From assembly GCF_009914755.1 (NCBI RefSeq), contig NC_060936.1: a DNA stretch of 64,000 nt; one strand, 5' to 3'. This document shows positions 1-18,400 of this stretch, one piece after another (the first letter of the stretch is position 1; every line of letters begins with the position of its first letter). The position numbers and the translations under genes are program-made. The notes beneath the pieces were generated by a model. The model had not been told where the DNA came from. It searched no databases and worked only from the letters and a program-made list of their open reading frames with translations. The DNA is from the human T2T-CHM13v2.0 reference genome, Homo sapiens.

Positions 1-1315
1 TGTGTTTTAAAATATATTTAATCTCTACATCTTGAAATAGTTTTTATAGATTCCACACAAGAGTCCTTTATGAAATAAGTATGCTTTAACTTTCTTATAA
101 TATTTGTCCCTTTTTGTCCCTGGCACAGTCTGTATATGACCAGGTAATGACTTTTCATTCATGTTTGGGTTATAATTACACACAAATATTCTCTAAAGCC
201 CAAATCTTATTTTGATATTCGAGGAAGAGCTTACATGGTAATAATATTAAGGGTTACAGCTGGTTTCACCGAAGCTTTGTAGGCCTTCTCTAATATCTTA
301 TTTTTTTGAAGGAATAGCTGTTCTGCTTGAATTATAGACTACATAATACATGTACTGTCAGGTACATTCATGGAAGGCAGATGGAGTCATATGTTACTGG
401 AGTCCTGATGAACAGATGTAGAAAATAGTCCAAGGAATAAGAAAAAAGTTGATATTGAAAAGTGCTTGTTGAAGTCTGTAAATGTGCATTAAATGTGGCA
501 GTAAAAATAGACACAATGATGTTTGGGAATTGGGGTCTAAATTCTGGAGTCCCCAGAATCATAGAGAACCTTGGTTAGGGGAGTAATTTTGTCAAAAAGC
601 AAGAAGAGGCAGTGACAGGCAGAATATAATTAAAAGTATTGCTGGGTCATTTTCTAATTTTGTAATTTTGTCATATTTTTCAAACTCTGTTGATCATTTA
701 TTAAATTGGTAAATAAATTATAATCAGCAGGGTTATTATGAGGGTTAAATAAGGAAATATATGTACATCTGTAAGCACAATGTCACAATTAATACAAAGT
801 TACCCTTTTTATTTTTCCTGGACTTCATGTACAAATGGGTCAGTAAATTTTTTGTTTATGACACATAATTATCACTTGTACATAAAATGTATTTAATTAT
901 TTTTATATTTTTAGCAGGGAAATAATACATGCATGTTTCCCCCTGTCTCAAACACATACATTCATATAAACATATGCACCTATATACCTACATATCTATG
1001 TACGAATATATACATGGACATCGGTATTTCTCAGCAAATATGTATCATGATAATCAGAGATATTGCAACTAACAAAGACTAATATAAACCACGATTGCAA
1101 GAATTTTAGATACCACGTTAGTAAAATATCAGATTGAGCTGCTAAATTTCTCCCACCCCTACGTCATTTTGTGTTTTCTGAGCATCCTAGAGGATTGTGA
1201 CTGTATGCACAGGACAGAAACACCATGACTCAGGGTACTCCTGCTAATTTCTGATGCAGGAGATTTTAAGGGCTAGATTAGCAGGATGGGAGTGTTGACC
1301 CTCTAAGTGAAATAA

Positions 1316-1642
<327 letters not shown>

Positions 1643-2230
1643 TAAAACAGATTCTTACTTGATTATTTCCAGGTTCCAAGGGGAAATACAAAAGTCAGAG
1701 TTGAGTGAAAATAAAAGTGGAGTAAAGCTTCAGAAGGCTGTGGTGGGTGTTGGAGAAACATTGCTAGGGCATAAAGCTAGGATAATAAAATCTGAGAAAT
1801 CCCAGTGTTTATCTATAGGTGGAAATCATATTCCACATGTGGATGGAGTCAGGGATCCCTGTGTTTTAAAATCAGTGAGGGAATTGAATATCTGGACTTG
1901 TGCCAATTAACATACAAAACTCCGTGCTTTTGATGTTCTCATTCACAAGATATCTGTGTTCCTTCTTTATTAGCAACCATAGTCATAGGCTTCCTAATTT
2001 TGACCACGGGAAAAGAGGAGAGGCCTCTGCGTGTTTGTGTCTGTTGGTTAGGCTGTGGTGCAGCTGGTGTCACACTTCAGTGAAAGTCTGGCTTTTCATC
2101 GGTTGATCTGAAAATTGTGCACAAGACTGCTGTCTCACATGTTCTTTCTCCAACCTCAGCTTTTCTTAGTGCCTAAAGTGTCTGCACATGGAAATCCAGA
2201 GGTAGACAGAGAGAAACTGAGTTCCGGACA

Positions 2231-7188
<4,958 letters not shown>

Positions 7189-8120
7189 CATGAGAGAACA
7201 TGCACTGGAGAAAAGCCATATGAATGCCATTTATGTGGGAAAGCCTTCAGTCAATGTACTAGTCTTAAATAGCATCAGAAAATTCACGCTGGAGAGAAAA
7301 TTATAAACTTCTTCAGAACATATTCTGACTTTAGATGACACTGTGTTAGGAATGACGAAGGTAAGGAATGTGGAAGAGACTTCAGCTGTAGTTGTAGCAT
7401 CTAAACATGCCAAAGGACTCATATTTTGAAGAAATACTGGAATCAACATGGAAGATACTTCAGTTACCTTTATTCTTCAGTCCACATCAATAAATTCATA
7501 TGGAAGAGAAATTGTATGACATGTATGTACCAAAGACTTGTTAGTGATCTGAGCATAAATGACATGAGAGAGCTGAAACTGTCAACATAGTCAACTAAAA
7601 GTCTTCAGCAACAGCTTTAACTTAAAACATGTGGGACTTTCAGGTAGAGAATCTCTAACTCTGCATTCAGTGTGAAAATATTTTTATTTGCAATTTATTG
7701 TCAAATAACATGAGAAAACTTTACTTGGATGAACCCTTTATTTGTATTTTCTGTGAATAAACATTCAGCCAAGCACCAGGCTTGATGTTCACAAGAAAAC
7801 AGAGTGATAAAATGCTGCTAAAATGGAAAATAAGAGAGGAAAGCCTTCATAAGCTAAATAAGAAGGGAAAGTCTTTCCAAGGGCAATGAATTCTCTTGGA
7901 ATACCAAATACTTCTTACTGGAGAAGTTATGCAATGAAAAATCATGAGAAATCCTTTCTTCATAGAGCAACACTTGTGGCACATGTGAGATTTCACACTG
8001 GACAAAACATGGTTAGCATCCTGAAAGGAGAAAATTCTTTAGTGGTAATTCATTTCTTAGTTGACATTAAGTTTCTCACATTGAGGAGCTATCAAACTTG
8101 AAAATCACTGTGGAGAAACC
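7189..8120 (+). pseudogene. Decayed zinc-finger array in ZNF705A 3' UTR
   Basis: In frame after the stop: [37 protein letters not shown] further remnant EKSFLHRATLVAHVRFHTGQ lies near 7945-8005. Confidence 0.8.
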
Positions 8121-9631
8121 TGATAGATTTCTCATCAGAAAAGTGAGTCAAGAAGGTGGACCTCTAGAAAAAACTCTTAACACATACTTTAGCAAAATAA
8201 TTCAGAAATTTGAGAAAATATCTATTCATAAAAATGTGGCATATAAATGCATAATAGTAAAGTGACCAGGGAATAAATTGAATGCAGAATTATATAAGAA
8301 ATCTCATTAAACTTTTCCAAAAGATCAATACTTACAAATATTGAAAGAATACAATCTGTTGTTGAAAAAACTTAGTATGTTGGCGAAGCCCTTGTTTCAT
8401 TTATGCAGCCCTAACAAATCGATTTGCATCTGCACTCCTTGGGTGAGATTCTTGGTCGAGATTCTACCCCAACTTCTGAGTCTCCCCAGTCTTTAACAGC
8501 TCTTTCCTCACAGCTCACCTCCCTTTACTTCAACGTCCACTAAAACCACTTGTTTCCATCCAACCCTCGAGTTGACACACCAGGGATCTTCAGCCCCACT
8601 TGCTAGATTTCTCAGTGTGTCATTGCATAGATTTAGCAGGGAAATGGAGGCTGTATCAAAGACCCCTAGTATATGCATTTGGGTGTCCGCAGCCCTTGCC
8701 TCTGTCTCTGAGCAGTTACCTGGGATCAGAGAATAAGGCAGCTCTTCTCTTCTATCCCTCAGAAGGCTCTTGAAATTTTGTCCCTGGAGCCTCTCTAACT
8801 GGAAGTAGCAGTTCATCTCATGACACCCCACATTTTATTCAGGTGAGTCCTGAGTTATTACACAGAGACAGACACAGCTGTGCTCCTTTTACTGCAGTCC
8901 AGAAGATAAAACACCAGCATGATAAAACAGCCGAACCTGTCAGCCACCTTGCAAGCCTTTCCTATATTCGATTCAATGTACTTTTCCCGAAGCAAAATGA
9001 AAGTTCTCACAGAGGGGCCCTCCTCTGCCTTGTCCTCAGAATTGGAAAATGTATTGTCCGTGAAGGAGCCTCAGTACTGAACCTAAAACTCAAGAGAAAA
9101 TGTTTCCTGAATATCAAGTGGGATGACTTGAAATTTTGCCAAACAGGCACAATCTTAATACGATCGGCCTTACTAAGGCTAAATGGCCTTATCCGTGGTT
9201 GAAGTTGACAAATCAATATATTAAAAAATCTCCACAAGTGATTGATTTTACTCTGCAGCCAGGGTTTATGTCAAGTGTGAGGATAATGAGCAAGAAATTC
9301 AAGCCCTTGGCAAACTGGTTGGAGAGGCAAGGACTGTGTCCAGGCAGAGCTCATATCATTATTTATTGTTTAATCTATTTAATTAAATATGTAATTTACC
9401 CACAAACTGTGGCTGACATTATATGTACTCCTGAGCCACATTGAGATGTACTATTTGTGCTATGAAATTCTATGGGATTTGACAAATGCATGGTGGCAGA
9501 TCTCCAGCCATTATTAAAGCGTAACACAGAATGCTTCTCTTATTCAAGCTCATCTTCCCTCCACATAGAGGGAATCAATCGACTTTTGTATACTGATTTT
9601 TGAATTTGCTTCTTTATTTCCATCTTCTTCA

Positions 9632-9637
9632 ATTAAA
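9632..9637 (+). terminator. Candidate distal poly(A) signal (ATTAAA) of ZNF705A
   Basis: ATTAAA just before the CpG island; consistent with my recollection of a long ZNF705A 3' UTR. Confidence 0.45.
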
Positions 9638-9779
9638 GCACAAGATATCGTACTCAATTTCCATTTGATCTTCCAAAAGAAAAGTACTGAATAATCTACC
9701 CCTGAATTTCAGTGATTCAGACTCAGGTCCACCGCTAAGGCCAAACGTCCTGTGCTGCCACCTCATGGCAGGCAGAGGG

Positions 9780-10360
9780 CAATGAAACTCATCTTTCCGG
9801 CCATGCAGGGCGCATGCGCGGTCTGCCTCCCGCGGCGGGCCGGGTCTCCAGGGAGGACCTGAGTTTTTCTTCACCCATGGTCAGGGAGGCGCCATCGCCC
9901 TGGCTTTGGGGCTGGGGCCTCCGGGGAGGTTCCGGTAGGGGCGTTGGAGAGGCCGCTCTTTTTGCAAGGCCCGAGATGGCGGGCCCTGCGCAGGCCGCCC
10001 TATTCCGCGCCCTCAGGGCGTCAGTATCCGCCTGAGGCCGGATACCCACTCTGGGCTCGGATACCCGCGCTGGGCCCGGAGCATCCTCGGCGCTGCCCTC
10101 CCAGAGCCCCGCAGAGGCTGAGGTGGCGCGGGGGCGGCCCCGGCTCCGCGAGAAGAGGCGGCAGCGAGGGCTGGAGGACCCGGGCTACGGGGCTCCGGGG
10201 CGTCTGGCCTGGGTGGGACTGAGCCCATCCAGGGACTGGGACTCCGGGGTTCTGGTGTAGGTGGATCCCGGGCAGGCTCAGGACCAAGACCCTCTCCTTC
10301 CACCAAGGAGCGCCCAGAGGCCGGCGGGAGCTCCAGGTTCACCTCCTCCTCCTCCAGGTG
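9780..10360 (+). promoter_or_regulatory. CpG island / promoter of FAM66-type lncRNA
   Basis: Abrupt GC- and CpG-rich stretch with a perfect NRF1 palindrome GCGCATGCGC at 9810-9819. Confidence 0.8.
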
Positions 10361-10439
10361 TTTACTTTTCCTTTATTTCTGTGAGGCCAGAAATTGTCGC
10401 CATCCTTCACATCGGTGAATCGGGACCCTAACACTCATT

Positions 10440-12970
10440 ACCTCAGGTTTATTGTTATTGCCATTAACAGTGTTGGTGGCATTATCACTAAGATCATCAT
10501 TGTTGTTATTATTGTCATTTATGATTATTAGCAGGTGTGTTCATTTTGTCTCACTATGCATTTTTTTTTTTTTTGGGGGGGATTGGTTTTGTATGACGTT
10601 GAATTGAGCTTCTTTAATCTTGACCAGTGCTGTCAGATTTCTGAAGAGCATTCCGGAGGACAACTCCTGTCTTTCAGCACAGCCACAGAATTTCGTGGGC
10701 ACAGGAGAGCACTTAGAATATTCCCCTTTCATTGCACAGCAGCTTTGGGAAATAGTGGCTGCCTGGCTCTGAGATGAGGTAGAAAAGACTGGATACTGGG
10801 GCAAGTGTTAGCACCTCCACTGGTGTTTTTATGAAGCTAAGCGCACTGTCTCCCACGTAGACTTAGAATACAATCTGATGGCTCTAAAGGGCCATGGCTG
10901 CCCTTCCTGGGACTTCCTGGGAACCTTTAAACCTTCTGTGGTTCCTGGAGTAGGTAGGTTGCCAAGTCTGTGCCTCATATGGTAGCACCAGTCTTTTCTG
11001 GGCCAACAAGGACACTTAGAATGTTTCCAGAAGCTCAGGCATGCTGTCTCTGTTCCTCCCTTCTGTTCAATGGCAATTCACTGGGTCCCTGGCTGACATA
11101 GAACATCCTGCAGAAGGTTGGGCTTGGGTGACTTCCTGGCCAGCCTTCCCAGGCAGTCATCTTTGAAAAACTTGAAGAGACTCACAGAGGCCATTCACTG
11201 GTATTTCATGACTGCAAGTGGGGTTTCTGGATCCTTGAGTTTACTTAGAATATTTGAATGGCTCTGGATGGCCAAGAAACCCTCCCTGGTCTTAGAAGCT
11301 GCCAAAAGCTATTACTGGGCCTCTGAAGAGACTTTTAAATTTTTCCAAGTACATTTGGGCATAGGAAACTTTTCTAGGTCTAGCTGAGCCAGCTCAGGTC
11401 GAGTCCTGAAAAACTGGTGGGTATTGGGGGATCTCATCTTACGAAAGAGCAATTGGTGGCAAAGCTGGGTCTCCAGGACAGCTGTGTATGTATATGTCTG
11501 TAGAACATGCCTTGTTGGACATCTTTGGTAACTGAACACCATTTGTGAATGGATAAACTATATTCATTGCTGTACAATAATGAAAAATCCATATTAACAA
11601 TGGCAGTAATAAAAATATTGATGGCTATTAACAGGAATAATGATCATCATGATACTAGTACTAATGGTTTTAATACTGATAATAATACTAACCCTATGGA
11701 CTTGGGACATATAAGTTTTCCATAAGTGGATAATAGGCATAAATATTTGGCTGTGTAGGGTTATTTCAAGTCCCAAAAGCAAGGATGAACATCTAGAACG
11801 AGAAGAAAAACAATCTGGAGGTTAGTATGTGCACACCTGTGGACTCCTGTGTTAACTTCTGGTGTTTCAGCCTAAGAGGGAATGTTAATATAACCCTGGT
11901 CCTAGAACACCATGCTGACCAACACCTACCAGCTTTCAGGAGATAAGACAGCTGGCTGATGGGGCAGGGATCCAGAGAAGGCACGGGTCCACACCTGCAC
12001 ATGTTGCCCAGTGGCAGAGTTCATGACAAGCAATAAGCCCCAGGACAATGTCATTCCCAGCTACCTGGCTGTCATCTGCTCTTTCATGGCCCCTCTCTAC
12101 TGGTACCTCTAGGCACTGGCATGTCCTCCAGAGGCTGCAGGAGGGCATGATACTCAGTACTCTCCCAACTGCAGGAGGGAAGAAAGATGGAAACAGCTAA
12201 ATACCATGGCTTCTGGATTTTTTTTGCTGGGCATGGCATATTTTGCATTTGCTTTAATAATGCTGGAACCCAGTCAGTGGCTTGCAATACAGATCTAGAT
12301 GACTCTGGACACCTGTAGAGATTTTGACAATTTCCAGAAGGTCACAAGTTCTTGGAGGACTTTTTCATGAGTTCTTCGACTGAAAAGGTGGTTCAAAGAG
12401 CTTCTATACTGACTTAGAAAATGTTGCAGAGGCCAGGTGCGGTGGCTTATGCCTGTAATCCCAGCACTTTGGGAGGCCAAGGCAGGCGGATCATGAGGTC
12501 AGGAGTTTGAGACCAGTCTGACTAACATGGTGAAACCCCCTCTCTACTAAAAATACAAAAATTAGCCGGGCATGGTGACACACACCTGTAATCCCAGCTA
12601 CTCAGGAGGCTGAGGCAGGAGAATCGCTTGAACCTGGGAATCGGAGGTTGCAGCGAGCCAAGATCAGGATTCCAGCCTGAGCGACGGAGCGAGACTCTAT
12701 CTCAAAAAATAAATAAATAAATAAATAAATAAATTAATTAATTAATTAATTAAATAAAAAGGAAGAAAAAAGAAAAGTTACAGACACTCTGGTGAACAGA
12801 TAGGCCCTCTCCTGCCACTCCAGGTAAAAGTTTCTTGGCCACAAACCTGATTTAGCAATATCCCTTCATCTTAGGTAGGTAACAGAAAGCCATTCATGAC
12901 CTATCCAAGCATGGAGAGGGGATTTGACTTAGAAAAGTTAGGTGGACTAGTTGGTGAAAGAAAGTGCATT
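10440..12970 (+). repeat. Degenerate satellite-like array (about 75-85-bp motif) with ATT/AAT-rich tracts
   Basis: Recurrent ctgg..cct....gacttagaatatttccagaagg variants near 10697, 10855, 10998, 11082, 11227, 11315, 12305 and 12411. Confidence 0.6.
12431..12770 (+). mobile_element. AluS element with (TAAA)n tail
   Basis: Dimeric Alu with a degenerate TSD agaaaa(t)gtt(g/a)caga. The empty site is seen in the paralogous block at about 26470. Confidence 0.93.
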
Positions 12971-12974
12971 CTGG

Positions 12975-15449
12975 CTCTCCCTCTCCCTCTCCCTCTCCCT
13001 CTCCCTCTCCCTCTCCCCATGGTCTCCCTCTCCCTCTCTCCACGGTCTCCCTCTGATGCCGAGCTGAAGCTGGACGGTACTGCTGCCTGATTCTCCTGCC
13101 TCAGCCTGCCGACTGCCTGCGATTGCAGGCGCGCGCCGCCACGCCTGACTGGTTCTCGTATTTTTTTGGTGGAGACGGGGTTTCGCTGTGTTGGCCGGGC
13201 TTGTCTCCAGCTCCTAACCGTGAGTGATCCGCCAGCCTCGGCATCCTGAGGTGCTGGGATTGCAGACGGAGTCTCGTTCACTCCGTGCTCAATGGTGCCC
13301 AGGCTGGAGTGCAGTGGCGTGATCTCGGCTCGCTACAACCTACACCTCCCAGCAGCCTGCCTTGGCCTCCCAAAGTGCCGAGATTGCAGCCTCTGCCCGG
13401 CCGCCACCCCGTCTGGGAAGTGAGGAGCGTCTCTGCCCAGCCGCCCATCGTCTGGGATGTGAGGAGCCCCTCTGCCTGGCTGCCCAGTCTGGAAAGTGAG
13501 GAGCGTCTCTGCCCAGCCGCCATCCCATCTAGGAAGTGAGGAGCACCTCTTCCTGGCCGCCATCCCATCTGGGAAGTGAGGAGCGTCTCTGCCCGGCCGC
13601 CCGTCGTCTGAGATGTGGGGAGCACCTCTGCCCTGCCACCCCGTCCGGGATGTGAGGAGCGTCTCTGCCCGGCCGCCCCATCTGAGAAGTGAGGAGCCCC
13701 TCCGCCCAGCAGCCACCCCGTCTGGGAAGTGAGGAGCGTCTCTGCCCGGCAGCCACCTCGTCCGGCAGGGAGGTGGGGGGGTCAGCCCCCTGCCCGGCCA
13801 GCCGCCCCATCTGGGAGGGAGGTGGGGGGATCAGCCCCCCGCCCGGCCAGCCACCCCGTCCGGGAAGTGAGGGGTGCCTCTGCCCGGCCGCCCCTACTGG
13901 GAAGTGAGGAGCCCCTCTGCCCGGCCAGCCGCTCCGTCCGGGAGGGAGGTGGGGGGGTCAGCCCCCCGCCCGGCCAGCCGCCCCGTCCGGGAGGGAGGTG
14001 GGGGGGTCAGCCCCCCGCCCAGCCAGCCGCCCCGTCCGGGAGGGAGGTGGGGGGGGTCAGCCCCCCACCTGGCCAGCCGCCCCGTCCGGGAGGTGAGGGG
14101 GCGCCTCTGCCCGGCCGCCCCTACTGGGAAGTGAGGAGCCCCTCTGCCCGGCCAGCCGCTCCGTCCGGGAGGGAGGTGGGGGGGGTCAGCCCCCCGCCCG
14201 GCCAGCCGCCCCGTCCGGGAGGGAGGTGGGGGGATCAGCCCCCCGCCCAGCCAGCCGCCCCGTCCGGGAGGGAGGTGGGGGGGGTCAGCCCCCCACCTGG
14301 CCAGCCGCCCCGTCCAGGAGGTGAGGGGCGCCTCTGCCCGGCCGCCCCTACTGGGAAGTGAGGAGCCCCTCTGCCCGGCCAGCCGCTCCATCCAGGAGGG
14401 AGGTGGGGGGGGTCAGCCCCCCACCTGGCCAGCCGCCCCTTCCGGGAGGTGAGGGGCGCCTCTGCCCGGCCGCCCCTACTGGGAAGTGAGGAGCCCCTCT
14501 GCCCGGCCAGCCACCCCGCTCGGGAGGGAGGTGGGGGGGTCAGCCCCCGGCCCGGCCAGCCGCCCCGTCCGGGAGGTGAGGGGCGCCTCTGCCCGGCCGC
14601 CCCTACTGGGAAGTGAGGAGCCCCTCTGCCCGGCCAGCCGCCCCGTCCAGGAGGGAGGTGGGGGGGTCAGCCCCCCGCCCGGCCAGCCGCCCCATCCAGG
14701 AAGTGAGGGGCGCCTCTGCCCGGCCACCCCTACTGGGAAGTGAGGAGTCCCTCTGCCCAGCCAGCCGGCCCGTCCAGGAGGGAGGTGGGGGGGTCAGCCC
14801 CCTGCCCAGCCAGCCGCCCCGTCCGGGAGGTGAGGGGCGCCTCTGCCCGGCTGCCCCTACTGGGAAGTGAGGAGCCCCTCTGCCTGGCCACCACCCCGTC
14901 TGGGAGGTGTACCCAACAGCTCATTGAGAACGGGCCATGATGACAATGGCGGTTTTGTGGAATAGAAAGGGGGGAAGGGTGGGGAAAAGATTGAGAAATC
15001 GGATGGTTGCCGTGTCTGTGTAGAAAGAGGTAGACGTGGGAGACTTTTCATTTTGTTCTGTACTAAGAAAAATTCTTCTGCCTTGGGAACCTGTTGATCT
15101 GTGACCTTATCCCCAACCCTGTGCTCTCTGAAACATGTGCTGTATCCACTCAGGGTTGAATGGATTAAGGGCGGTGCAAGATGTGCTTTGTTAAACAGAT
15201 GCTTGAAGGCAGCATGCTCCTTAAGAGTCATCACCACTCCCTAATCTCAAGTACCCAGGGACACAAACACTGCAGAAGGCCGCAGGGTCCTCTGCCTAGG
15301 AAAACCAGAGACCTTTGTTCACTTGTTTATCTGCTGACCTTCCCTCCACTATTGTCCTGTGACCCTGCCAAATCCCCCTCTGCGAGAAACACCCAAGAAT
15401 GATCAATTAAAAAAAAAAAAAAAAAAAAAAAACATTAAAAAAAAAAAAA
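12975..15449 (+). mobile_element. Full-length SVA retrotransposon (probably SVA_D-like)
   Basis: (CCCTCT)n hexamer 12975-13016, antisense Alu-like domain, GC-rich VNTR about 13395-14900, SINE-R about 14910-15405, poly(A). 14-bp TSD aaagtgcattctgg at 12961-12974 and 15447-15460. Confidence 0.97.
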
Positions 15450-15459
15450 GTGCATTCTG

Positions 15460-18400
15460 GGGCTCACAGGCCTACACATAGAGTTGCTATCACATAAAGC
15501 ATATGTATGAATTCTTTCTGAGCCCATGGCAAGATGAGGGTGCACTTCATCAGTCTCCTATGCTGGTATGAATAGGTACTTGCCTGAAAAATAAAAGAAT
15601 AATTCAGGAAGCCCATTCTTCTACAGGACACCAGGCAGTACAGTAGGAGTCCTGGGGTTGCTGTGGTATTTATGTTTTAAGGTTGTCTTTTAATCATCTT
15701 CAGCAAATTCAACAGTCTTCAGGAACATAAAAAAATTATTCAACATTGCATAAAAACTACCACAAATATATCCATGATAAAGAACTGTACCAATATAATA
15801 ATAACATTAATAACAATCATAATGGTGATGATATAAATGTCAATTTAATGAAGAGAGTAATAAAAAAGCAGATATTTAAGAAATATTCCTGTAAGCCTGT
15901 GGCAATATTCCCATACGAGCCCTCATGTTATTGATTAGATGGAGAAGCTTAGGGCTACATCTTGAAATATATTCTGTGATGGCAAAGAAGAGTGGCAGTA
16001 GGGAGAATAATTCTGAGCCACATGAGAGCATGGGCAAAAGTGGAGATACCTGTGCCATGTGGAAATACATTACAAATGGACTATGGCAAAGGGTCTGGCC
16101 AGAGTCTTGCCTGACACAGGTCGTACAAAAGCCTTCAGTAGTTCACCCCAAGAAATAGCTGGTCCAGGCTGTAGATGAGAGGCACTGGGCAGACAGATCC
16201 ACACCTGCCTCCTGAGTCTCAGAAGTCTGGTGTGCGTCGAACATTAAGCCCCTAGCCTACTGAGACTTCACCTCCCAGCTGGTCTTCTACCATCTGATTC
16301 TTGAGCCCCATCACGTTAGTGTCATCTCCATACTGGAATTGCCAACAATGTCTGATGGAGGGTTTCACCCTGGGTACTTGGTACCAGCAATGTATGAAAT
16401 ACCAGAAGGGAGGCTCCAGGGCTTCCATAGAAGACACATTCTAAAGTTACTCAGGTGATCAAATGGTCATTTCAGAGATTTTCAGTAGAACTGCAGCATT
16501 TTGTCAATACCTGAGTGAATGCAGAAAATATCCAGAGGCACGGGCATTCTAGGAAGCTCCCTGTGTAAATCAAATACAAGGAATATCTACTTCTGGGCTC
16601 AAAAGCTAACTTAGAGAAAAAAAAAGTGAGATGCTGGCAGAAGGCAAATAACTCCACTTCAGTTCCCAAGAGAAAAATCGTTCTGTAACCTCTGAGTTTA
16701 TTTAGAAAAATTTTGGAGCCTCAGGAAGACCGAGTATATCATTCCTGATGTTTCCAGGACAGATTGGAGAGCTTAGGCCTTTGGGAATATTCTAAGTCCT
16801 CTCAGGTTTCCATGGGAGACTGTAACTCTACTCCTAGAGCTCACACCACCCCCGAGCAAGCTCATTGTTTTCTAAATATTCCAAGGAAGCCCATCCAGGT
16901 TATGCCCGTATTGGTGAGTTTCACTTTGGACTGGCAGGAGAAGACTGAGAATGATACATCCTGAGTTCACTTGGTAAAGGTAGGGGAGGCAATAAGTCCA
17001 GATCTGGAGAGCACCTGCAACACCAAATGGCAGAAGGACAGTAAGGAAGTAAAGTCAGCTATGGAGTTGGAGCTTCATGTTTACTGCATGTAGGATTCTG
17101 AGTTCCAGGACTGATGGGCTGGTGGGGATCAGAGACGTGTCTTCCTTGCAGGGAGCCAGGCCAAACCAGCCATCTGGTTGCACTACTGAAAGCTTTTGTG
17201 TACCCAGTGGTGGGCAGGACACAAATCACAGTCCCTTCATCTCTGGCTGGTAGTTCTTGATGAGAGAGGTTTGCACACAAGTGTTCATATTAGCCCACGG
17301 TCTCCTGCGGCTTGCTTTTCTTTCACCTCCTGTTTTTGATGTTTGCCATCATGGAACACATTTCATAGAGAAATTCTTTGACTCTGACTCCAAATTACAC
17401 AAGGAGGACCCAATTTGTGAAGTCTTCATATATTTAGGGGAAGCTCCACATTAATTCTTGTATCCTTATGTTCATATTGTCACCAGTATTAAAATTCATA
17501 CTATTTAGGTCATTGCGTTCATTATCATGATTATTAATTATTTTTCATTTATCATTTCTTTTTATTGGTTAATTTTTGTGGCAGCTGTTAGATAACAATC
17601 ACTAGAGTTTCTCTATTCATGAAAGATGTCCAAGTTAATGGAGATCACTAGGAGTGTTACTTTACAGGTATGTAAATACAGATAATCTTGGCTGAACTGT
17701 GGCTATATTGTCTGGTGTCCCTTTGAGGGTGAAGCCTCTTGTATTATTCTAAGTGACCTCTGGAGAAAGCAACTGTCTCATAATTGCAGGGACGACTTGA
17801 GAAGGCATCCTGACCCTATGCAGAAATGCAGAAACACTTCCATGAGCTAAACAACCTATGTGAAGGCCTGAAAGCCAAAGCAAGATCCTCTTATTACAAA
17901 GCTGTCCAACAAAAAGTTTTCCAAGTAACACTGGAGGTCCATCACTCACTCTTCCTGGTCTGGAAATGCCAGAAATGTCCTCCTTGGTCCTTCTGAGAGT
18001 CAAGATCTTTTCAAAGTCACCTCAGGAGCCACAGAACCACTCCATCCTACCTGAAATTGCAGGATGACTCTTCTTTTGACCAGAGTCTCAAAAATATATT
18101 CGTTGATAATTTTGATTCCTGGGAGCCGCCATTGCTTGCAAAAGATGTGCCAGGGACTAGACATTTTCTGTCTCCTCACTTGTCCGGGGAAGACTGAAGT
18201 TTTACTGAAACACAGAGATGGGAATCTGACCCTCTGAGCAGCCTCAGGATTTTCTAAGTCTTCCAAGCAGAGTGGAAATACTGGTGAGGACCCATTGCAC
18301 CCCCTGATGGTCTGGAATCACATAGGATGATGCTTTCAAACAACTCTAGGTGGCGATACATTTTCTGAGATATTCCAAGGAGGAGGGACACAATTGGACC
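15460..18400. repeat. Further blocks of the degenerate satellite-like family, partly inverted
   Basis: Reverse-orientation motif (ttctaagt...) near 16440, 16790, 16870, 17745 and 18250; AAT/ATT tracts at about 15790-15860 and 17480-17580. Confidence 0.5.

Noticed and set aside
9629-10342. Overlapping ORFs on both strands
   Set aside because: Expected in a GC-rich CpG island; no recognisable domain.
13395-14900. Repeat-spacer-like periodicity suggesting a CRISPR-like array
   Set aside because: Ordinary SVA VNTR in human DNA with no unique spacers.
12896-15402. Many Pro/Gly/Arg-rich ORFs up to 210 aa
   Set aside because: Stop-poor frames of the SVA VNTR, Alu-like and SINE-R domains.
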